Source of the DNA: Tubiluchus corallicola
Lineage: Eukaryota > Animalia > Priapulida
Direction of reading: 5' to 3'
DNA: 64,000 nt
Assembly: GCA_030141605.1 (NCBI GenBank)
Contig: JAQGDQ010000300.1
Span: 124,001 to 188,000 of the forward strand
Shown here: piece after piece, positions 37,801 through 52,900 of the stretch
Layout of the letters: each line of letters starts with the position of its first letter
Numbering within the stretch: position 1 is the stretch's first letter
Notes under the pieces: generated by a model
Seen by the model: the letters and a program-made list of their open reading frames with translations, nothing else
Database searches by the model: none
Told to the model about the DNA's origin: nothing
Translations under genes and position numbers: made by a program

Positions 37801-37923
37801 AATGCAATGCCAGTTTACCACATCGCTGGCAAAATAAGAACTATACATGTACGTTAATATCATATTAATAATATTACTGTCAATTAATTTACACTGGTTA
37901 TAAGAGCTTCGCATATCACGCTG

Positions 37924-40900
37924 CTACAAGTTTTCAACAAACCTAGTGAGTTGGTCCTGCGGTGTTAAAGACGACATGTTACCCTCGTGACCGTGCTGGT
38001 CGGGATTTGTCGGATGCATACTGTGCTGCTGCAAGCTAGGTGCAAACACTGGATCAGATGTCATACTGTCCGGTGTGAGCATACCGCTTACTGTGGGATG
38101 AGGGGAATGTGACTGTGAGATGTGCAAGGGCGATGGCTGCAGCTGTTGCCGTGGCGACGGAGAAGGGTGTCTTGGCGATGGATTAGGCTGAGGAGATCGA
38201 ACTATTCCCGCTGAATTTGGCGGCGGAGAACGGACTAATATGTGCTGCTGAGAAGCTGATATCATCTGACCGGGTTGTCCAGCATTAGAATGTTTGCCAG
38301 CTATCATCTGCTGAGGACTCATTGGCCGCTGCTGTTGCATCTGCAATAACTGCTGCTGATTAAATGCTTGCATGTGAGACTGGCCCTCACCTTGAGGAAA
38401 GTTTATCGGATGGGGATTTCTCTGCCGTTGTTGAGGATACGGTGGCGCTGAAGGCGCCTGGAACTGATGCGGAGGTGCTTGCCGGACCAGCTGCATGCTT
38501 TGAAAATGCTGTGGCTGACGTATCCACTGTTGTTGTTGCTGCTGTTGTTGTTGAGGAACCATCTGCGGCTGACCTTGCGCTTGAAGATTACCAGCTGGGT
38601 TTTCTTGTTGCTGCTGGAGCATCATGTTATGCAACTGCTGAGGCAAAGTATGTTGCTGCTGCTGCTGCTGTTGTGCTTGTTGCTGCTGCTGTTGTTGCTG
38701 TTGTTGTTGCTGCTGCTGCTGTTGCTGTTGTTGTGTTCTCTGTTTGAGAAAAGCAGCCATTAGTTGAGGATATGATTTCAATATCTGAAGCACCTCTTGT
38801 TGCTGTTGCGGTGACGGAGGAGACTTGAGTGTATTCATAAGTTGTTGTAGTGCTTGTGGAGGCACTTGACCAGGCATGCCTGCACCACTTGACATAATTT
38901 GCCTCGGACGCTGCTGCATGCCTGGCTGAGTTCCAATGTGCATTTGTTGTGCTTGTGGATTAGTCAACATAACCTGCATGCGTTGTGGGATGTTCTGCTG
39001 CGGATAGTTGCCTTGGGACACATTCGGATTGCTCCAGCCCTGCATCGGTGGTAACTGTTGTTGATTTGGTTGCCTCATTCCTTGACTGTTCATGGGAGTT
39101 TGCATCTGAGGAGGCATTTGTGGTGGAGGCATCATGTTATTACCGTTGTTAGCAGGACCCGGATTAGCCTGACTATAGTTAGGTCCACAAGTAGGTGTCT
39201 GCTGTCTGGCAGCAACAACTTGAATCTGCAGAAGTACATTTAGCAAATTACACACAAGTATAAGATAAAAAATGAACTTGATGATTAGCTGCAATGACAA
39301 TACAAGTGCATGATAAAATATACTGAATAGTGACGACAACATTGATCCAGATAATTATTACATGCCTGGCTTACAATGTACGACACATTACCATACACCA
39401 GTTTTGTAATAAATTCTGTGATTCTTTAAAACCATGTCATGTGACGGAAAATAGATTAGCTGTTGTACAAAATGCTGTTTAAGGTGCGAAACAGAACCGG
39501 GCAATAGCACGCACACGTTACTAAACACTAAACTATAATTTTTCAAAACAATGTCACATGATCAGTCAATATAGCTTTCATAGAATGTAGAATGTGAAGT
39601 TCAGGGTCAAGTGGCAATGATCTGTTAGTACCAGTACTTTTACTTAGAATTTTTAGCGAAGGATAATAAAAAAATAATGTCTAGACTTCTCAGGCAATAG
39701 CGCATTCACTACACTTCAGTATTATCAAGTTCAGCAATATTCCCTGAGACCTTAGGCAATACCGTCATGGGCCATACACGCACTGTTGCACTCGAGCTAG
39801 GCATTATTTGGACATTGTATATTAATGTTGTCTACCACCTACTGATTCAAAGAGGTACAAAAATTCATTTACTTGCTTTATGCAAAAATACACTTGTCAC
39901 CGCTTAATAAAGCTACCACGGCTACTCACAGCATTAACTGGTTTTAATAAACGATGGTTGCAATTGTGTGTGTATTTGGCAAACTACAGTGCATAAACAC
40001 TCCAACCTAATTAACAGTTTACACCAGCATATATGCGCAAATTGTTCACCTGCACTATCTTTATTTTTAACTGTTCTGTAAAATCATATTTATTAATTGG
40101 CTGTCAATATTAGCTACACATAGTTAGTCTTATCATTGATTTTTGTAGACTTAAGGGTTGCAGTTCTTTAAATTTATCTAACAACTCTAGTTTCGCCTCT
40201 GCATCTAACTCAGTGTACTTCCATTTGCTTGACATAGTTGCATAGAAAAACTTTGCTTACAGACTCGCGTGACAATTAAACACGTGTCCGTCAGCTCACT
40301 AGCATTCAAGTACACAACAATAATTCGAGTTCATTCAACAGACTAAAGTCTAGCGGGTGCACACGCAGAGCGAAACAATCAATGGCAACTTTTAGTGTGA
40401 CTTCCTATAAATCTATCAAATGGAGGTTTAAATTTCAAGCGCATTTCTTACAACAATAGCCAAACTACCAAAAATATATTTTATTTTTTCATTTTGTCAT
40501 TGGTTTTGTTGCTACGGTTACTGAAAAATGTTGTCTTATTGAACGGCGGGCTGGTTTTATTAACCAAATTTTCTTAACAATGGTTTCTATGGCATAATTC
40601 CAGACCATGTCTAAACGGCTCTAAAATGCAGCTTGTTTTAATATCTGCGGTTTTATTAATTGGCGACTACCGTAACACAAACAGATTTAAAACACCATGC
40701 AAAGTGCTTTCAAATGTTGCACAATACCTATTAAGGTAATGTGAAGAATTCAGTGAATCATTAATGTTTTATATTTTACATGTACCAGCAAACTAATGGC
40801 AACAACTGTTATGAAAATTCACCTTCTGAGCTGCTTCAATAGCCCCTCTAGGAGGACCCGGCTGCGGTTTCATACCCAAGCCACTATGTGGGTGAATCGG

Positions 40901-43900
40901 TATTGGCGTTGATGATGGAGTTGGATGGGTTGAAGATGACGGGGTGCTCTGTGATGAATTGCTCTGTGCGTTGTTTGTCATCATCATGATTCTTCGTCTC
41001 ATCAACACCTCCTGCAAATATCAAAGATCAACTTGTAAAATGCAAAACAAAGCATAAGCCACTTGGCCAATTATTATTATTATTATTATTATTACTATTT
41101 ATTTTGAAATTGCAGTACAATTTTCAATTTGTTAGTTGCATAAAAAATAAGAATATTTATACATTATAAAAATTTAAACAAAAAGGGACAATAAATAACA
41201 CAGCAGTTAGTCAAGGAGTGTACAGTAAAATAAGTCATTACTTAATTTTGATATTCTAGTATCAGATTAAGTTCATTTCTCTTCAAAAATTCAAAATATT
41301 TACGCTTGATTGCATTCACAATATCTTTCACAAATAGTACAAGATAATTCTGCTCATCGCTCACATTGTAAGCGCACTTAGAGGCAATCTGTCTTACATG
41401 CGTAATTTCACTTTTAGCATTGTACACACTTTGATTGTTGTTACATTTATCTCAATTTAGTTATGAGTTCTAACCCGAAGTAGAGCTTACAGAATTAATT
41501 CCATTTTTCACAAAACAGTTTACAAGACAATTTTGACTAGCAAGACACGATGCATAAAATTTAGCAAATCAAATACCAAACTACTAACTAGGTGGCATAA
41601 TTCTGCTAATATACAGTAGTATATATAACTACAAGTACGATATGGTAACTGCCGTAGCTTCCTAACACCAATATTCCAGGCTGCATCAATAACATTTAAC
41701 AGCTGTTATCAAGTTAACAAGATGAACTACAGAAAAATTCTGTTGCTAAAAATAGTATAGCATCGCTATAGCAAACCTGTTAGGGACCCCCTAAAAAGTG
41801 CTCTGTAACCAAGGTACACTACAAGAATACACAGCTAGTCGTACGTATATGACTAATTGATGGACATTCAAGTATTAATAATGTGTAAATAATGTACACT
41901 TCATAGAGAATGTAAAGTACTTTTAGAAGATCTATCAAGTATCAACTACTTTGCAGTCCATTCAAATTCAATGAAATGTATTTTATGTGACTTCAATAAA
42001 CTAACAATTAACGAATGTTTCACATCCAAATGAGTGTGCACGGTCAGTCATTTACATGACATGTTCAGTAAAGTCAATGAAATTCAAAAAAGTCAGTCAA
42101 TTTTGTTTGCACAACATTTTAGTTTGTCTCCTGTATAAAAAACTTTTGTAGCAAAATAATTGCAGTAGGGTTCATCACTTGATAAAACATATCACGAATG
42201 CACTACCAGCATACATAAATAAAACAGCTGGGTGCCACGCGGCTGTGTGACTCACTGTGGTAAACAAAATGACCTTTCGACACGACATGCTAATAAATCT
42301 GCATGCTTAATGCCAACAACTTTTTACTACCAAGAATAACCCATTAATATGAAATGTAAATTAATTTGCAAACTGCTGGCAAAGGTAAAGTATGCAATAC
42401 AAATTCATAGATACGTAGTAATGCAGTTAATGTAGTTATACAAGTTAAATAAATGATGAAAGTTCGTTTTTCGTGAGTCTGCATTACCGAAGTGTACACA
42501 GTAAATCATGTTCGCTATAATGGTGTTACATTGCAGTTTATTACATTAAAAAACAAATTGTGAATTTAGCTAAAAGCACTTCCTAGCCTGGTCTGTCGTT
42601 CAAGCAGCAGGCTATAGTACAGCAAATCTTATGAAAACATTTGCACCCATTCCAAGTTTTAAGACAAATGTTCCTTAAATACACAACTATATTTAACTCA
42701 CTGAAATTTTCACACAGTATAAATTTTGCTGCTGTCATTTCAAGAAAGCAAGCACTCATGAAATACATTTGCAGCAAAATTCACTGAAATATTAACTAAA
42801 TAAGCCTAATGTGCTCTGGGAAATATTTAAAAATCAAGAAGAGGCTATCAAGAACAACACTCACCTGTTGCATGCGATGTTGCTGCTGCTGCTGTCGTAG
42901 CTTTTGTTTGATGTTGATACAGAAAGGCACAGGACACCTTGCCTCCTGACAATGCTTGGCGTGATAGCAGCACAAGGCTATCAATTGTTTGCATATCGGG
43001 CACTTATTGTTCTGCTTGCGCTTGCACGTTTTTGCGTGCGTCACCACGCGTTTCATCTTTGTACAACTTGGCATGCGACAGTTTGCATCTCGACACTGAC
43101 ATGCATGCACCAATGATTCTATGCACCGCTGAATTGATTTGCGCCGGGAGTCTTTTTCGTTTTTCTCGCCGCCTCCTCTGCCATCATCCAGGTCAAAGCC
43201 AAGGCGATCCATTTTATGCTCGTGACCCTCTTTCTCATAGCAGGTAACACATAAATCGAAATCCTGTTAAAAAAAGAAAATGCAACATCACTGGTTTGTT
43301 AATTTTTGAAAATTGGCTGGTGAAACCTTTTTCAGAAGAGCTAACAATTTCTGCCTTTCAGGGATGTTACTGAAACTGAATTTTCAAACCGAAACCGAAA
43401 TTTATCAAACATAAGAAACCAATACCAAAACGAAACAGAACCGAAATGTTTTTGCAAAACTAACTATTATTCAAACTGAAAAAAGAATATTCTAAAATAA
43501 TTAAGTAAAATATTTTGTTTTTTCGTTTGATTGCTTTTATTTGCTGTGATGCAAAATTACTGATAAAAAATTTTAATACAAAACACAAGGAAGATTCATA
43601 GTATAGAACCTCAAGTTTGATGGAGTGGCTTACATTGGAAAAATTAATGTGTTACACAATGTTTTTGGATTTAAGTAGCTTTAATGATTAATGTTTAAAG
43701 ATCATAGTGCTTCATCAAAAATAAACAAATTTTATTTTGTAGATATTTTGTTGCCTTTATTTCATAAATTATAAAACTAAACGCGATTTTGCTCAAATAA
43801 ATTCAAACATGGTTTGATATTTTGGTTGATTGGGCCTGGAGACCCTAAAACTTCACATTCATCAGCATTGAAGATACACAACATTGCCGGTAAAAGCAGA

Positions 43901-46900
43901 TCACAAAGTGTTATGTAAATGAAATTTTCGCTTTATTTGAACTATTTTAGCCAAGACATATGAGCGGTTTTTGACATCTAGGAGAAAAGAAAAGGTAGAT
44001 TGGATAGAGACTAACAAAAACTTTGAAAAAGTGCTACCAAAAATTATCCGAAATTTCGGTAACGAAACTTAACAAATTTTGCCAAAACCAAAACTTGACT
44101 GAAAGTGCAATTGTCAGCAAACCGAATTCCGTAGCAGAAATGTATTACATTGCCTTACTCACCTAACAAACTGTAAAGTGGCAATCACAGGAAACATGAC
44201 ATAAATAACAATATCTGATCACATTTACCAAATTGTATTACATTACCAACTACTTTATACTCACCTCACAAACTGTACAGTGATAACGTGTTTCCACAGC
44301 TCGCTTGCATTTGTTACAGGAATACACAAACCGATCTTGTCCCTGCGTATGCAACTCGTACAGCATTGCTAGAGTTGAATATTTAGTCCGCCTTAGGGAA
44401 GAGAACTCGTAATGGCGTTCACGACACATGCTGAGGAATGCGTCTCGTCCATCCATAAGGTCACAAGATATGAGTGGATCTGGATCAGATGTTGTTGGTA
44501 CAGACACAGCAATGTGCTGCGGTTGCAGTCGAATAACAAAAAACACCTGGCAAAAACAATGTAAAATTTCCGTAATCTATTTTCAACACATATATAGTTG
44601 ATGCATAAAACTTTCAACAACACAAAAAAAATTTCCGATGCTTACAACAATTATGATTAACGGCTTCTTTTTAACACTGTAAGCACAGTTTTATACTAAT
44701 AACATGATTGAGCATTTATCATACAAATCTACCTCTTTGTGTTTCTCCATAGTTGAGTAAATTTTCGCAGAGAGATCACCGCAAGTCTGTGGAAGGTTTG
44801 ACTTTTTGCTAATCTTTCGTTGACTGGACTTTTTCTTGTTTATTTTCTTTGATTTCTTTCCCTTTTTACCAGTTGAGCTCTAAGAAACAAAAGTTAAATA
44901 AGTAAATGCCATTAAACAAGATCACGTACTGAAATAAAAAGAGGAAATTACAAATTACATCACTCACATCTTGACTTGTCTCATCAACATCGCCATTCTC
45001 TGTTGAAAGGGACGTTGCTGCTTCCGCAGCTTCTGCAGCTTCTTGTTTCCTTCGTTCCTCCTCCTGATTGATCTCACGAATGCTCTCCTCCAAAACATTT
45101 GGCCAAAAGTCACCCTCAAAGTATGGCAATTCAGTCACAGATTGTACATTATTTTCTGTTGCATCTTTTAGAATATCCTACAAAAAAGATTTTGCCAAAT
45201 TAAAGCAACCAACTACTTTTCCTCCATTTTTTCTCCAGAAAGATTTTTGAGAAATATTTTTCTCCATGTCAGACTTGGTGATCAAAATACTGGGTGATTT
45301 ACTGTACTAGCAAATGACTTTTTGAGCTTTTTGGGTGTTATTTCTACATTACAAGTGAAAATCAGATGGAACTGGGAAATAAACTACAACTATAAATAAC
45401 AAATGTTCTTGTATCAGCATTATGTATCATCTGCTTAATAATTAACAACACAAATGGTCACTTCCGACTAATCCTACAAAAAAATCCCAATTCATGATCG
45501 CTTTACGGAAGATCAAAATTATACAAAATTGATGAAGTGGCACTTTCTTACACATTCATTTTGTTTTGAGACTTGCTTAAATGGAAAGCTAAGACGTTGC
45601 GTCTTGGAGTTGTTTGCAATAAGTGTAACTATGCTGCACAGATGGCAAACAATCAATCAGAATCACTAAACCTTTTGTTTTAGAGGCGGGAATTTATATA
45701 CAAGTTCAGGGATGAGAATGGCAAATTGCAAAAAACTCTGAAAAAGGCGGGGGTTTGGGGGCCGCGAAGCCCTCTTGGAGCCAGCAACAAATTGCAATTT
45801 TGTGACCGTAGAGAACCTCTAAGTGGACTTAAAATATCAATTACCTTGTTTCATGCATAATTTAAAATACCCAACTATCAAGGATACATGATACCTAATT
45901 GTCTCAAAAATGCCTAAGTACTGGCCGCTCCTATGCAAAAGTAATATAAAAACTGTCTGCAATTGACTCAAAAAACTCTGCACGATTGATTCTATATTTT
46001 TATACATAGAGATATACACGTGGTTACACTGATGTACGTGATGTAAACAAAGTGACGGCCCGCCATCTAGCGGTCAGCTGGTGAAATAATGTACTGGGTT
46101 CATAAAAATTTTCTCAACGAATTTACGCGATATACAAAAATGGCACTACTGGTCTTCCAAAAACTCAGAATTCCGCGTATCCGAGGAAAATTCTCATCCC
46201 TGCAAGTTACTAGCCCCTGTTAGCCATTAAAACTCTGCAAAAATACCACTTTGCAAACAAAACTTTGAAACTTAATTTGCAAAAGGTTACATTTTTTGTA
46301 GTATTGTTGTGACAGACACAACCACACTTACCTTGTAATCGATGACAACTCTTTCCAAAATGCCTTTATCAAGCATTTTCCTATACCAATCTTGTAGCCG
46401 CTTTGGTTTTGGTATTTTTTGTTCAATTGGATGACAGTGAAAGATATAATCATCTCCCTCACTTGGTGGACATGCCCATATGTGAGCCCAAATAAACCTA
46501 TAAGTAATCGCAGTCATATGAATAATTACAGTCGAAAACGGAGAAATTATGACATTGTTAAACAATACAGGAGAACCATAACATTGGTCAAGATATATTA
46601 GATCCATCACAGCGAGTAGTTTAGTCTTGAGATGGCCGTTTAGTTAGCAATTTTGAAAGATGCAACTTTTGAAAGATGCAATTTAATGTTTTCAAATAAA
46701 AAAAGCTCATCATAGCTTAAAATTTAACACTAAATTGGTTACATTCGGGGATGAAAATGACAAACTGCAAAAAACTCTGAAACAGGCCGGGGGTTTGGGG
46801 GCCGCGTAGGCCCCCATTGGGGTTCAAGGGAGCGAAGCAACAAATTGCAATTTTGTGACCATAGAGAGCCACTAAGTGGAGTTAAAATATCAATTACCTT

Positions 46901-49900
46901 GTTTCATGCATAATTTAAAATACCCAACTATCAAGGATACATGATACCTAATTGTCTCAAAATGCCTGTCTGCAATTGACTCAAATAACTCCGCACAATT
47001 GATTCTATATTTTTACACATAGAGATACACGTGGTTACACTGATGTACGTGACGTAAACAAAGTGACGGCCTGCCAACTAGCGGTCAGCTTGTGAAATAA
47101 AGTACTAGGTCCATAAAAATTTTTTCAACGAATTTACGCAATTTACAAAAATGGCACTACTGGTCTTCCAAAAACGCGGAAAATTCTCATCCCTGTACAT
47201 TTCGTGGCTTTCTTCCTAATAAAATTGGGTCTTAAAGATACAGTTTAACCTATAGAACTTTTATGAAATTTCCAAAAGTTCTTATTGTGCAGTGGATTGT
47301 TTGGTAATGTTTAACCACAAATTTTTAAAGACTAGAACATTTTGTAACTTCTGAAGGATAAAAAGCTGGGATGGGGGCACTCTGAGCAAACTAAATTAAC
47401 TGAAGAAACAGAAAAGCAACGTACGTAGCAACCAGATGCTTTTAAGCTAAGCAGTTCATTTCACTAGTGATAAATGAAATTCCAGACTTTCTCTGGCAGT
47501 GATACGCTTACACTCAATTTCCTTGTACATAAATGACCAAGAAAGGGTTAAAAATGCCAGAAAATTTTAGCGAATTTTCTTTCTGTATTCGTATTTTCTA
47601 AAATATGCTGCATTTTACCTAATTTTAAGAAATGTATCAAACTAAAGGCCTTGTTGTTAACAGATCAGAAATGTAATATTTTTTGTTTGGATAATAGCTG
47701 GTACTCATGCGAAAAACCCACAAACCACCTGCAAAATGTGTTGAAAAATGTTGAAAACTTACACAATTTGCTTCAAATTCAGGCAAAAAGTAAAATACGC
47801 TCGTGCAATTATACTGAGAAAAACGTCTCACTTACCCACATTCCTTAACAAATTGCAAATAACCGATAAGTATTTCATGATAAACAGCAGTTCGGTATTC
47901 TCTTGGTTGGAAGAAATGTACACTATCCAAATATGATATATACACACGACTGCAAAATTAAACATAAATCTCTATAAGCATTAGAAAATCTTGTGCACTA
48001 AAAACCTAAAACATGCTGTTTGATAATGAAGCACATAAGACGTTCTTACAGGAAAACTGCAGGAAACTCTTCCCAATTTCATAATATGGCTTTCACTGCT
48101 CATCAACCATTTTGACAGTCAACAGTTTTCTCTTAATTATGTAACATACTACATACTTAGTGTCATATACTCCATGCATAATAACTGCATGAAACCTTTA
48201 CCTCTGATTTGGCTGAGGACAAGCGGAACCGTACTCCTGCACATGCATGCCAAAGAAGCACATGTCCACACCATCAATTTCCTCAAAAGCAAACAATGCT
48301 TTCGTTCGAAAAGGAAACGTCTCAGGGAACATATTTTCATCAGTAAATCTAAAAAAACAAGTAACACATTAAATGCTAATGCAGTTCAATATAAAATTCA
48401 TATTACAAAGAGTATTTCAAAAATTGAAAACAAAAAATGTTACGTGTCAAAATTCAACAGATGATATGTTTCCGTAACATTTCAAAATTTTCAATTAGAT
48501 AAAATATTGGGCAGTAATATAAAACCATTACACTAATTAGTTTATTAATACAATGCATTTTACAAGAGTGGTTTTCTAGGAGAAGATTTTCAAAGCACAT
48601 TGGGCTTAGAATTTCATCAGTGAAACCACCAATATATAAAACGTTTCTACTGTTAATAATATTTCAGATTTTGTGCCACATGCAAGGTAATTCAAAGAAC
48701 AATTTGGCACGAATGCAAAACTGTCAATTTCCTGCAAATTTACTTAATCTGTATCTCTAAGTTCTTAAGATAAAAAAACTTTAAGCTGCTGTAATGATTC
48801 ATTGCTTTTTTGTCATTTTTCCGTAACCAAGCAAAGCAGTTCGACTCACTTGGTCTTCATTCCAGTTTTGACTTCAACAAATTTGTCGCTACTTGAGACA
48901 ATACGAATTGTCACCTCTCCAGCACCACAATCCTTTTTCTTTAAAAAATCATTTACCCTGTTTTCTAAGAAGAGAGCGAGTTTAGTTGGCGGCAGTCCTG
49001 AAAATGAACAAAAACCAATTAACTACCAACATATACACCATCAAAATAATTAAAATGGTCTATTCAGCTCAAAATACTTTACTAACGAAGCAAAAACTTT
49101 AATGCCTTAAAACTTTAATGGAAATATGCCCGGAATTACATCCAATTCCAGATATCCATAAAAACCATAAACAACAAGTGCTTCATTTTTGAATTAATTA
49201 GTTAATTTCATAAATGTGCAAATGTGTTATGTACAAACTTACGTTTAGCTGAGTATTTATTTTCTTTCCGTGGTCGCCCAGTTGCTTTTAAGCATGTGCT
49301 GCATGCGAACCTGTGACAAAAGATACAAATAAACGTTAAAAAATAAAAACGCTAAACACAACAGAAAATTAGTAAGCAAAATCCAGCAGTAAGGAATAGT
49401 TTACCTATCTGATATGTAAAATAGCAAAACTGTTATTGCCAAATTTTTTACAAACATTCTGATGTAAAAGAAAAGAACATAGAATCGTGGAGATGATCAC
49501 AGCAGAATCAGTCCACAAAAAATTACATTCGAAGTGCACAAAACATTTTGCACAAAATTTCACTTGTATACTATGTATATTACATTCAGTTTTATAAATT
49601 ATTACAGAATTACCAATTATAATATGAAAACACAGACACTATTACCATACATTTTGATGCCTCTGTTATAAATTCACACACCAATTTTTCTTCACATTTG
49701 AAAAATGATCGTAAATTTGCGAAATCTACAAGTATGTTTTGTAAAAAACGTTACTACTTCATGTGAACAAATGATGTAATTGGGAAACGAAATATGTTAC
49801 ACAAGAATATTTTTTATACTTACCCACTTTGGTATATTTGCTCGAGATACAGTACACAAACTTTGTGCAGCTTTCGACCACACTCCTCACAGTCAACAAA

Positions 49901-52900
49901 CCTGAAAAATATTTTTGCTTTATTTACACTGAGAGATTCCCAATGCATTTCAGCAGAAATTTATTTATTACCACAATACAAACAATGTCTACCACTTTTA
50001 GCTATTAACGAGAATTGTACTCGAAACCAAGATGGCAGATACAGCAATCAAGAATTTACGACAAAACTCAGAACTGTCACAGCTAAGGAAATATCAAGAT
50101 CATAACATATGTAACTGAGTCAACACTGAGACCAATATCAAAATCTTTATACGACAACTGCAAAATATTTTTCATACAAAAAATGTAAGCATTAAAGGTA
50201 CGTGAAAAGGCTTTTATGTATAAATTCTACCTTCACGTTTTCTTGTACTGGCAAAAAATAAAATATTAACAAAAAATAAATAAATTGCACTACAAAAATG
50301 TGGAATAGATGCGCATGCTAGGCTTAGAAAGGGAGATTTCGGTGATACTAGAAAAACTAATGTCAGTACCAACAAAGAATGATACCCAAAAAATCAACAC
50401 GCAGGCAAAAATTGCCCAAAAGGCACCTCACGGTGTTCAAGTGTTCAAGTGTTCAAAAGCACATTTGAAACACCAATGAGACAGAAAAAGTAAATCTTAA
50501 AGTATTATTATTCATCGATACGTGCACTGATCAGGGTGGTAAGTCTTGTTAGCTTATAAGTGATATATTTCAATAATAAGTTTTGAACGAGAGTTGCAAC
50601 ACTTACGGTTCGACTTCAAGTTGGTCGTTTTTCACTTCTCTAAATTCACTCTTTGCAACAGTCCTAAAAGAGAAAATGCCTAGTAAGAACTTAGCTCATC
50701 ATATTTTAAGACAAACATACAATTAATTAACAAATAATAGTCTTTCTATGTTTTATATCATCCCATGTTTGAGTTTTACTTCATTATATCCATTCCACTC
50801 CGAAGCACTAAATGTTTTCTTTATCACATAATTCATCTCATAATTTTCAGTTGATTTTCATTACTTCTTTTTACTTTCACAGGGTGGGTCAATCAAACAA
50901 GCCCTGCTTTTTTATTGTCCATAAAGCATTTACATTTATATATAGGCAAATATACAGAAACAGTAAAAATAATTTGCATTATATTCATTGAAGGCCTTTT
51001 CACAATATTTCGTACACAAAATTATTGTAAATGCATTATGTGAAATAAATGACTTATGACTTCTGGCTTATTTAGTGTTTATTAAATGCAGCTTGGTAAA
51101 GCAAAATCTGCATACATTTGTAAGAATTTTAGTCAAAATAATAAGTAATAGATCTAAATAAAATGTAGTTTTAAATACAATGTTATATGACCGATGAATG
51201 TAAAATAGACATCACATACGTTGACGAAACTCCAGTGGGGTCATCTTCTAAAGACACTGTGTCTCCTAGTAGCTCGTAGCATTTCTGACAGTAGGCATAT
51301 CTAGAAATTTTTATATACGTATTTAAATATAAATTTCTACTAACAGTTAATTATAGCTATTTAAAAAATTATTAAAAAAACAAAACATTACAGTTAATTA
51401 TAGCTATTTATTTTGTGCTCGAGAAGCTATTAAGAATATATATGGACTGGTATGAAAAGTACACCGTATGCCACCTTTGTATACACTATATACGTAGAAT
51501 ACCTATTATGAATTGTCTACCATATATGCGTCGTAAGCCCATATATGCATATTTATGACTGCGAATATTAACAAAAAAAGTTACACTTACTTGTTCATGT
51601 AGCTCCAATAAATTGTATCCCTTGGAATTGTGCACAGCTGTTGTCCATAACAAAACAAAGCCTGGGGATTATATACCCATTTCCTGCCACAACAGTAGCC
51701 AAGATTTTGCATGACCGGGTCAATTTCTTGTTCAAACACCTCGGCCAACTAAAATATAAAAAACAAGTTTTAATTACCCTCAAATAACTTTGTGATAAGA
51801 TCTAGTCCAAACAAATTTGTACATTTACCTCTTTATTGCATTACAAACCATAAAAATCAAACTGGCATAATTAAAGCTTGATAAATTCCGTCTCGAAATT
51901 TAATATCATTCACATGCTATCTTATTGCATACAGGGCTTGAGTTAGCAGTAACGCTGTATAAAATTTGTAAATTTAAATTCCCACGATGACTGTTAAGTG
52001 CAATCATTTTAATGGTAAGTCATTTAAAACAATTTTAGACAACCTTGCATAAAGTTCGAAAAAATAATCAAAGCATTCATACCACACTCTTCACTAACAA
52101 AGCAAAAGTGTAGATTATATAAAATATTGTTAATAAAATCAATAATGTGTACTTTGGTAAGCCAAAGGTGCACACTGGGATGGCGACAATGCAGTGAGTT
52201 TTATCAGGTGGTGCAAACATTTTAAATTATTTACGAATTTTCTTTTCCAAATACATAAGTTTTTCAATAATGTCAGTTTAAGCTAACTAATATAATTTTG
52301 TAGAGAAAGTTCAGTGGGATATACATTAGAATTCCCATTTCTTTCTCTTTACCGCTGAATGCCACATGATGAAGTTACCTTGGAACAGTATCGATAAACA
52401 CGCGATGTTTTCCTGTTATACAGCCACGCATTTTCGAACATGAGCCACACATCATCAACGTACTGCCATGGGTCTTGATATTGGCCTGTATCCAATTTCC
52501 GCTTGATTGTAGACAAGTCAATTGGATTCTTCACAATGTCAAAATAATCCTGAAAGCAATTATGTTAAACATGCATTAAAAACAGTGCTTTTACAAATTC
52601 TATAAATAATTTTGCAAGATTTCTGACTACCACTCACAATCTTTTCGAATCTCGACTATATAAAGTGCAAGCGGGTATTACACTTTTCCACTTGGGTTTC
52701 AATACATTTTATTTTTGCAAAACACCCTGCAAAAGCCTTTAATGTGTGGAGATGCTGGTCTGTCAAAAAACTAATCATGCTATGAATGAGAAGGTGAAAC
52801 AAATCAATCTACGGTGGATGAATTGGTCAATCTAACCAGGAAAACGTTTGCATACTCTCAATAAAATTTTTACATAATCATTGCAGTAACATTGCAGCAT

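Noticed and set aside
38364-38763. Plus-strand poly-Leu and poly-Ala/Val ORFs
   Set aside because: Antisense readings of the CBP polyglutamine codons.
44866-45138. ORF track lists [14 protein letters not shown]... on the plus strand
   Set aside because: The sequence shows this peptide is encoded on the minus strand (CBP exon 44968-45177). It is a label discrepancy, not an inverted exon.
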